Of a stretch of DNA of 16,571 bases, positions 10,066 to 16,571 are shown piece after piece; position 1 is the first letter of the stretch; each line of letters opens with the position of its first letter. The position numbers and the translations under genes are program-made. The stretch is taken from the NCBI GenBank assembly GCA_965205655.1, contig CBDBIJ010000023.1:1-16571 (forward strand), read 5' to 3'. The DNA is from Candidatus Latescibacterota bacterium. GTDB taxonomy: Bacteria; Latescibacterota; UBA2968; UBA8231. The notes under the pieces were generated by a model. It did not search any database. It had not been told where the DNA came from and worked only from the letters and a program-made list of their open reading frames with translations.

Positions 10066-10422
10066 ATGGCAGTCGACCTAATTCGCACCATTTCCGGTGC
10101 ACAGGGGACACGCTCCGAGTCGGTGAAGGTGAGGCCGGAGTCGCTGATCGATACCGGCGCTGCCGAGCGGCCGGCGGCGGCTCGAGGCGAGCGCCTCGAG
10201 GGCAAGAGTTTCTCCAGTTTGGTGAAGGAGTTCGTCGGCGACGTAAACAGCCTCCAGTTCCGGTCAGGTCACGCCATCGACCTGCTGGTTACAGGGGAAG
10301 CTGCAGATGTGCACCAAGTGATGGTCGCGGTGGAGCAGGCGGGAATCGCGCTCGATTTGATGCTGGAGATTCGAAACCGGGTCATGGAAGGATACCAGGA
10401 ACTGATCAGGATGCAGGTGTAG
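10066..10422 (+). CDS. fliE: Flagellar hook-basal body complex protein FliE
   Basis: SFSSLVKEFVGDVNSLQ..LVTGEAADVHQVMVAVEQAGIALDLMLEIRNRVMEGYQELIRMQV. GAGG RBS lies before ATG 10066. Confidence 0.95.
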   Translation: MAVDLIRTISGAQGTRSESVKVRPESLIDTGAAERPAAARGERLEGKSFSSLVKEFVGDVNSLQFRSGHAIDLLVTGEAADVHQVMVAVEQAGIALDLMLEIRNRVMEGYQELIRMQV

Positions 10423-10456
10423 GTCCATCGATCACTCAGAGACAGGTTGATAGACG

Positions 10457-11746
10457 ATGAATATTCCAGAGCAACTGACAGGATTGGCCGACCGCCCGCA
10501 GACGTGGTGGTCGGAGGCGCCGCAACCCCAGAAGATCGGCGCCATCGGCGGCGCCGTAGTCCTCGTCGTCGGTCTCGCCATCGCATTCATGAGCGGCGGG
10601 GACGAGGGGGACTGGGATGCAGCCATCCTCTACGCCAATCTCGATTATGCCGAAGCGGCGGAAGTCACCACGCGGTTAGTCGGAATGGGGTATCAGTACA
10701 AGCTTACAGAAGACGCCAGCACCATCACCGTCCCAAAGGACGATGTGCGCCAGCTGCGTCTCATGCTGGCGGGCGAGGGCTTTCCGAAGAGCGGCCACAT
10801 CGGCTACGAAATTTTCGACGACGCCCAGCTGGCGATGACGGACTTTCTCCAGCGGGTCAATCTCGTGCGGGCGCTTCAGGGCGAGCTCGAGCAGACGCTG
10901 GGCGAGCTTGACGGAGTCAGGACTGCCCGCGTCCATCTGGTCACCCCCGAGCCGAGTCTGTTTACGGAGGAGCAAAACCCCGTGACGGCGGCAGTGACGC
11001 TCACCCTCGTGGCCGGTTTCGACCTCAAACCGCGACAGATCGAGGCAGTCGGGTATCTGATAGCCTCAAGCGTCGAGGGGCTCGACATCGCCAACGTCGT
11101 CATCGTGGACTCGGAAGGGAACATGCTCTCGGAGGAGCGGGATCCGCTGGCCAAGGCGGCGAGCCGGCAGTTCGAGCAGCAGCAGCAGGTGGAGCGTGTC
11201 CTCGAACGCAAGGTGCAGACCCTCATGGACGAGGTAATTGGGGCGAACCGCTCGAGGGTTCGCATCAACGTCCTCCTCGACTTCAGCCAGAAGACGACGC
11301 AAAGCAGCGCCGTCGTTCCTGGGGAGGGGGGCAGGTCGTTCTCAGTGAGGAGACGAGCGAGAGCCAGTCGGCCGAGCAGGGCACTCAAGAGAATGCGGTG
11401 CGCAACTACGAGGTGAATCGCGTCGTCGAGAATATCGTGGGGTCGGTCGGGGTCATCTCGAAGATGACCATGGCCCTGACGGTGGACGAGACGAAGGTGA
11501 TACCCGTTGCGGGAGAGATCGGCAGGTTCACGGAGGTCAAGCGCGAGCAGTCGGAGATCGACAAGCTGTCCGATCTGGCCAGGGAGGCCGTCGGCTTCGA
11601 CGAAGTGAGAGGCGATAAGGTTACCGTTTTTGCCCTGCGCTTCGACAAATCACAGGAAGTGCAGGCTAAGGAGGAGGCCGTCTCCGAGGAGCGCAAGGAA
11701 TTCTGGACCGGCATCGCCATCAATGTGGCCAAGGTTCTCGGAATTC
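10457..11746 (+). CDS. fliF: Flagellar M-ring protein FliF, N-terminal ~430 aa, lacking its cytoplasmic C-terminus; -1 frameshift at G run 11326-11331; continues in frame into flhA
   Basis: TM1, LYANLD, LRLMLAGEGFP..GYEIFD, TDFLQRVNLVRALQGELEQT, ARVHLVTPE.SLF, VVIVDSEGNMLS, NYEVNR and AVGFDEVRGDKVTV are present. No FliG-binding C-terminal region follows. Confidence 0.92.
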
Positions 11747-12974
11747 CCACGTGGCCCTTCTTCATCGTCGGTGCCGTCCTGGGCACCCTCGCTTTTCTCG
11801 TCCGCCGCTCAAACCTCCAGCGAGCAGCGCGTGAAAAGGAGGTAGAGGTGGAACGGGCGAAGCCCGAGGAGCGACCGGAGGACTATTTGCGGGTGGACTT
11901 GCTGGAGGCCGAGATCGGCTATCAGCTCGTGCCACTCGTAGACGCCAAACAGGGGGGAGACCTCATCGAGCGGATCGTGCAGATCCGCAAGGTGGCGGCC
12001 ATGGACATGGGCTTTATCGTGCCGCCGGTGCGCGTGCGCGACAACATACAATACAGCTCAAACCAAACGAGTACCAGATCAAGATAAAGGGGGATCCGGT
12101 TGCGCGCGGCGAGCTGCAGCCAAAGAGCCTGCTGGCCATCGATCCGGGGGTCGCCGAAGGCCCCATCGAGGGCAGCCGGACCACGGATCCGGCCTTCGGC
12201 CTGCCCGCGACATGGATCGCGCCGACGCTGCGCGAAAAGGCAGAGCTCCTCGGCTACAACGTCGTCGAACCGGTTGCGGTGCTGGCGACGCACCTCACCG
12301 AGGTGATCAACAACAATGCCAGCGAGCTCTTGGGCCGTCAGGAGGCGCAGCACCTGGTGGAGGAAATGAAGAGCACGCATCCGGCCCTTGTAGAGGATCT
12401 CATCCCCGACGTGATCCCGCCGGGCCGTCTGCAGCGGGTGCTCCAGAATCTGCTCGCAGAGCGGGTGCCGATCAGAGACCTGCGTACGGTTTTGGAAACA
12501 ATCTCCGACTACACGGATATCAAGGACGTGGAAGTACTCACCGAATACGTGCGCACGGCACTGAGACGCTCCGTGTGCAACATGCTTCTCAAAGAGGCTC
12601 CGGACGACGAGATCCATGTCCTGACCATTTCTGGAGAAGTGGAGGAACTCATCAAAGAGGCGATGCAGTCCACGCCTGTCGGACTGACCGTTGCCATGGC
12701 GCCGGACATCGCCGGCCAGCTGCTCAGACAGATGACTGAGCTTATCGACCAGATGATCGCGAACGGCCAGCAGCCGGTGGTGCTGACAGCACCGCAGGTT
12801 CGCCTCGCGGTCCGCAAACTGACGGCAGCCAATTTCCCAAGCCTTTTCGTGCTCTCCTACAACGAGATCGCGACAGAGGTGGGAGTTTCTGCCGTAGGGA
12901 TAGTGAGACTCGATTATGAAGATCAAGAAATTCATCGCGACGAGCATGCCCCAAGCCCTGCAGCAGGTCCGTGA
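11740..12974 (+). pseudogene. flhA: 3' half of flhA (last TM helix, linker, cytoplasmic domain) fused to fliF; frameshifted by a 5-bp duplication ATACA at 12046-12055
   Basis: GIPTWPFF, LEAEIGYQLVPLVD, GFIVPPVRVRDNIQ|LKPNEYQIKIKG, DPAFGLPATWI, VLATHLTEVI..ELLGRQE, LQNLLAERVPIRDLRTVLE and VLSYNEI. There is no start codon or N-terminal TM1-7/FHIPEP region. Confidence 0.92.
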
Positions 12975-14202
12975 GGACCTCGGGGACAGGGCTATCATCC
13001 TGAACTCCAGGCAAGTCGGCCGCAACGGCAACTCGGGAGGTCGGCCGCAGGTGGAGATCACCGCAGCGGTCGAGGAGCAGGTGGCCGCCGTCCTCGGACA
13101 TGGGCGGGGAGATGACGTACCGCAGGACCGACATCACGCCGACCCCAGGGTTATCGCCCACAGGCCAGGCGTCCGCGGACCACAGGTCCGCGAAACCATT
13201 GCCGATCTGCGAACCTTCGCCAACAACGGATCGAACGGCAACCACAACGGTCGTCTCAGTCCGACACCCGCCGCCGCATCCCAGGCGGACGTGACTGAGG
13301 TTGGCGAGCCGATTCTGCAGCAGCTTCGGGGTCTGAAGAAAGCCGTAGAACGCCTGGAGCGGACGGCGCCAGCGCGGCTCTCGCTGCCCGCTGAGCTGCA
13401 ACGGATCGGCGAGCGTCTGCGAGCCGTGGGTGTAGCAGAGGATCACATCACCGAGTGCCTGCAGCAGACGTTCGAGAAGCTCGATGCCGAGTCGCTCGAC
13501 GACCGCGCCGCCGTCGTCGGCAGCGCCACGAGCCAGCTTGCGGCGCTCATGCCGGAACGGCGCGACATAAAAATCGGCAAGAAGCGAAAGGTGATCGGCT
13601 TTGTGGGCCCCTCGGGCTCTGGAAAAACGACGGCGGCGGCAAAGATCGCGGCCGGCTTCGCGGTCAAACACAAGGAGAGAAGGGAGATGGGCCGCATCGT
13701 GCTGGTGAGCGTGGACACCAAACGCGTGGCAGCAGTGGAGCAGCTCGGCGCCCTTGCGAAGATGATCGGCATTCCGTTCGAAGCCGTCGCAGATGAGTCA
13801 GAAGTGCATGAGTTGCTGCGCCGGCACAGCCAGGCCCATTTGATTCTGATGGATATGGCAGGTTGCGGTCCCCACGAGCACTCCCGCGCGGAGGGCCAGC
13901 GAAAACTGCTGCAGGCGGCTGGCGCGCACGAAGTGCAGGTCGTCATCGACAGTCTCACGAGCCATGAGCATATGCTCGATGTGGTCGAATGGAGCGAACC
14001 GTTTCCGGAGCGGCGGCTGCTGTTTACCAAAGTGGACGAGGCGGTGAGGGTCGGTGGACTATTGAGTGCCGCGGCGCACAGTCGTGTGTGCACGTCGTAT
14101 CTTTCGGTCGGACCGTCTCTGCCCGGTCAGATCAGAGCGGCGGACCTGGCCGGACTCGTGAGCGAGGTAGTCGGCAAGGCGGAGGATGCCCGGGCGGCAT
14201 AG
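12916..14202 (+). CDS. flhF: Flagellar biosynthesis SRP-family GTPase FlhF
   Basis: MKIKKFIATSMPQALQQVREDLGDRAIILNS, G1 GPSGSGKTT, DTKRVAAVEQL, G3 DMAG and G4 TKVDE. Confidence 0.92.
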   Translation: MKIKKFIATSMPQALQQVREDLGDRAIILNSRQVGRNGNSGGRPQVEITAAVEEQVAAVLGHGRGDDVPQDRHHADPRVIAHRPGVRGPQVRETIADLRTFANNGSNGNHNGRLSPTPAAASQADVTEVGEPILQQLRGLKKAVERLERTAPARLSLPAELQRIGERLRAVGVAEDHITECLQQTFEKLDAESLDDRAAVVGSATSQLAALMPERRDIKIGKKRKVIGFVGPSGSGKTTAAAKIAAGFAVKHKERREMGRIVLVSVDTKRVAAVEQLGALAKMIGIPFEAVADESEVHELLRRHSQAHLILMDMAGCGPHEHSRAEGQRKLLQAAGAHEVQVVIDSLTSHEHMLDVVEWSEPFPERRLLFTKVDEAVRVGGLLSAAAHSRVCTSYLSVGPSLPGQIRAADLAGLVSEVVGKAEDARAA

Positions 14203-14216
14203 CCGCACGGCGAGAA

Positions 14217-14245
14217 TTGACTTTCGAGGTTATATTCACTTAGAT
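14217..14245 (+). promoter_or_regulatory. Possible sigma70-type promoter upstream of fliA
   Basis: TTGACT (14217-14222), then 17 nt, then TTAGAT, in an AT-rich patch of otherwise GC-rich DNA. The -10 match is weak. Confidence 0.3.
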
Positions 14246-14355
14246 CGAGAAAATGTGCGTGCAGTAGAGCAGCGCGATGGCCCTAAGCCGACGAAGACGG
14301 CTGCAATCTGCCTGTTTCGTTTCCCCTCACTCCCGGTCTCGACTGACTCCAAAAC

Positions 14356-15125
14356 GTGAGCGCAAAGAGCACACCGCAACGGGCGACCCAGGAATATGGC
14401 AAACAGGGTCGCAAGAAGGGGGAAAAGGCGAGCCTCGAGGAGTATCTGCCTCTGGTGAAGTACATCGCCGGCCGTCTCGCCATCGGCTTGCCGCGATCGG
14501 TGGAGATGGACGACCTCATCAATGCGGGCGTCGTCGGTCTCATCGAGGCATACAGCAACTTCGACACCGAGAAGAATGTGAAGTTCGAGACCTACGCCTC
14601 GCTGCGCATACGCGGCTCCATTCTCGACGAGCTGCGGGGCATGGATTGGGTGCCGCGCTCGACCAGGGCGCGGTCTCGGGAAATCGAGCGGGCGATCGGC
14701 AAACTCGAAAACGAGTTCGGCCGCAGCCCGTCGGAAACCGAACTGGCACAGGGGTTGGGAGTGGAGCTGAAAGACTACTACGCGATGATCGACGACGTGA
14801 GCTCGACGGCGCTCTTGTCCCTCGACGAACTGACCTACGGCGAGGACAAGACAAACCTGTGCCTCTAGTCGATACGCTCAGGTCGCCGGATCAGGCGAAC
14901 GCGCTTGCCCAACTCGAAGGGGAGGAGATGCGAAATCTCCTGGCCGACTCGCTGGGCGAGTTGACGGAGCAGGAGCGTCTCGTGGTCGCTCTCTACTACT
15001 ACGAGGACCTCACGTTGAAGGAGATCGGTCAGGTGCTCGAGCTTTCGGAGTCGCGTGTTTCACAACTTCACACAAAGGCCGTGTTGAGCCTCCGCGTCAA
15101 ACTGAGAAAGCGCTTCATGGCTTAG
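14356..15125 (+). CDS. fliA: RNA polymerase sigma-28 factor FliA/WhiG; frameshift at 14845-14854
   Basis: YLPLVKYIAGRL, DDLINAGVVGLIEA, KFETYASLRIRGSILDELRGMDWVPRS, then in another frame ERLVVALYYYEDLTLKEIGQVLELSESRVSQLHTKA. Confidence 0.93.
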
Positions 15126-15270
15126 GCGCTGCTTACGGCGCGGGCGTTGCTGGAAAGCGTTTCATAGTCGAAGTCCGCCAGTCTAACCGAACCCCTACTC
15201 GGTCTGCGTCGCCCAGTTCCCCACTTTCAGCTATCCACATCCGTCCGCAGCACGCGGAGGCATTCCTATC

Positions 15271-16194
15271 GTGAACGAAAACCGCCAGGAGCGACTCAAG
15301 AAGATCACGCAGAGCATCATCGGTCTGCCGACGCTGCCGACGGTGATCATCCAGCTCATCGGTATCATCGACAATCCGAAGACCTCTGCGCGGAACGTGG
15401 CCCAGTTGATCTCCACCGATCAGGCTCTCACCGCCAAGATCCTGAAGCTCGCAAACTCGGCCTTCTACGGTTTTCCGCGCAAAATAGCTACCGTCGATCT
15501 CGCCGTAGTCGTTCTCGGATTCGAGACCGTGAAGAGCCTGGGTCTGAGTGTGTCGGTGCTGGAGCGTTTCTCGGGGCAAGGTGAAAACACCCAGTTCGAC
15601 CGGCAGAAATTCTGGGAGCACTCGATCGGATGCGGAGTCGTCGCCAAACTGTTGGCTTCCAAGCTGCGCTACCGGGTCACCGGGGAGGCCTTCGCGGCCG
15701 GAATTCTCCACGACATCGGCAAGCTCGTCCTGAGTCAGTATTTCCCGGCCGATTTCCAGCAGATCCTCGAGGTGATGCACTCTCAAAAAGTATACATCGG
15801 CACGGCGGAGGAGCAGGTGATGGGTGTGACACACGCCGAGGTCGGAGGCTGGTTGGCGGAGCGCTGGAACCTGCCCGGTCAACTGGAAGAAGCCATCTCC
15901 TTCCACCACACTCCCGGAAAGCTAAGTCGTGGATCCGAGCTCACAGCTCTCATTCACCTGGCCGATTTTCTGTGTCGGCGCGAGCAGATCGGCGACGGCG
16001 GCGGGGACACGCTGCCAGCCCTCGATCCAGCGGCGCTTCGCGCTTTCGGGATTCACGAGGATCCCCGGGCGGCGATGCGGCGAATCTTCGGGTATGGGGA
16101 TGAGCTCAGGGAAGAGATGGAGAAGGCGGAGGTCTTCCGTAGCATCAACTTTGAAGTGCGACACTCAGGGATTGTAGTACTCCTCTGGGGTTAG
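15271..16194 (+). CDS. HDOD domain protein; the last ~18 codons are read-through into the IS30 end
   Basis: LPTLP, DQALTAKILKLANSAFYG, FWEHS, AGILHDIGK, HAEVGGWLAERWNLP and HH. GGAGG RBS lies upstream of the GTG. Confidence 0.9.
   Translation: MNENRQERLKKITQSIIGLPTLPTVIIQLIGIIDNPKTSARNVAQLISTDQALTAKILKLANSAFYGFPRKIATVDLAVVVLGFETVKSLGLSVSVLERFSGQGENTQFDRQKFWEHSIGCGVVAKLLASKLRYRVTGEAFAAGILHDIGKLVLSQYFPADFQQILEVMHSQKVYIGTAEEQVMGVTHAEVGGWLAERWNLPGQLEEAISFHHTPGKLSRGSELTALIHLADFLCRREQIGDGGGDTLPALDPAALRAFGIHEDPRAAMRRIFGYGDELREEMEKAEVFRSINFEVRHSGIVVLLWG
16138..16163. repeat. Putative IS30 right terminal inverted repeat
   Basis: CGTAGCATCAACTTTGAAGTGCGACA follows the IS30-family end pattern as recalled (TGTAGATTCAA...TGCAACA) and sits directly after the transposase stop. 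The partner IR is outside the window, so the boundary is +/-2 nt. Confidence 0.7.
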
Positions 16195-16571
16195 ATATCC
16201 GAGTCGTTTTCGTGGTCTTCGGTTGAGTTTTCGTGCGATGGCGTTGCAGTCGTACTGGGTGAGGTCGGCCATGCTTTTTTTCTTGGACAAGTACTGTCGA
16301 ATGAGGCCATTGGTGTTCTCGTTGGTGCCTCGTTCCCAGGCGTGATGGGGATTGGCGAAGTAGAAGCGGGTATCGGTGACGCGCTCGATGTCGGCGTAGC
16401 TGTGGAATTCGGTTCCGTTGTCTGCGGTGATGGTGTGTACGGGTCGGGGTTGGCGGTGGATGAGCTGGAGAGTCCGTCGGCTGAGCTCGTCGGCCGTTCG
16501 CGCGTTGAGCTTTCCGATCTCGACGTACCCGGTCTTTCGTTCCACGAGGGTGACGACGCACGGCCTGCCGT
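16165..16571 (-). CDS. IS30-family DDE transposase, C-terminal part
   Basis: The frame is open to the window edge (GRPCVVTLVERKTGY). Motifs are TITADNGTEF, YFANPHHAWERGTNENTNGLIRQY and LNRRPRKRLGYLTP. Confidence 0.95.
   Translation of the reverse strand, partial: GRPCVVTLVERKTGYVEIGKLNARTADELSRRTLQLIHRQPRPVHTITADNGTEFHSYADIERVTDTRFYFANPHHAWERGTNENTNGLIRQYLSKKKSMADLTQYDCNAIARKLNRRPRKRLGYLTPEEYYNP

Larger units (their letters stand above)
16138..16571 (-). mobile_element. IS30-family insertion sequence, right end (continues beyond window)
   Basis: An IS30-type transposase C-terminus is followed by a 26-bp terminal IR-like sequence. Confidence 0.9.

Noticed and set aside
11741..11746. EcoRI site (GAATTC) exactly at the fliF/flhA junction, suggesting a restriction-ligation chimera
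   Set aside because: Several other GAATTC sites (e.g. ~5628, ~6123, ~10042, ~11698, ~15701) lie in uninterrupted genes, and the join is colinear and in frame. It is not fully excluded but is less likely than a deletion.
12916..12974. 59-nt overlap of the flhA 3' end with the flhF start
   Set aside because: flhA/flhF overlaps are common. A short read-through tail arises because the MKIK codons give no stop in the flhA frame.
16145..16561. Alternative minus-strand ORF ending VALQS, suggesting a frameshifted transposase C-terminus
   Set aside because: VALQS is just the translated terminal IR. The main transposase frame already ends naturally after LGYLTPEEYYNP.
1..16571. CRISPR arrays, tRNA/rRNA genes, long tandem repeats
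   Set aside because: None seen. The window is nearly fully coding and the intergenic gaps show no repeat-spacer or cloverleaf pattern.

Overview
GC-rich bacterial DNA with three parts. (1) <2-7788: a tightly coupled + strand surface-glycan operon encoding an NAD-dependent epimerase, a WecA/WbpL-like polyprenyl-P sugar-1-P transferase, a sulfatase-fold protein apparently fused to a VanZ-like membrane domain, an O-antigen ligase/TPR protein and an ArnC/DPM-synthase-like GT2. (2) 7995-16137: a sigma54-driven flagellar cluster: flgB, flgC, a hypothetical gene, a lytic transglycosylase, fliE, fliF joined in frame to the 3' half of flhA, flhF, fliA and an HDOD protein. (3) 16138-end: the right end of an IS30-family element on the - strand, inserted in the last codons of the HDOD gene. 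The most striking feature is the fliF'-'flhA in-frame chimera at ~11740. The block that usually lies there (fliG to flhB plus the FlhA membrane domain) is absent, and flhG is missing between flhF and fliA. Nine frameshifts are visible. Seven look like 1-nt indels at or near homopolymers and may be long-read errors. The flhA one, and possibly the fliA one, is a perfect 5-bp tandem duplication. The best reading is a flagellar locus in decay or reduction, with an assembly chimera as the alternative.
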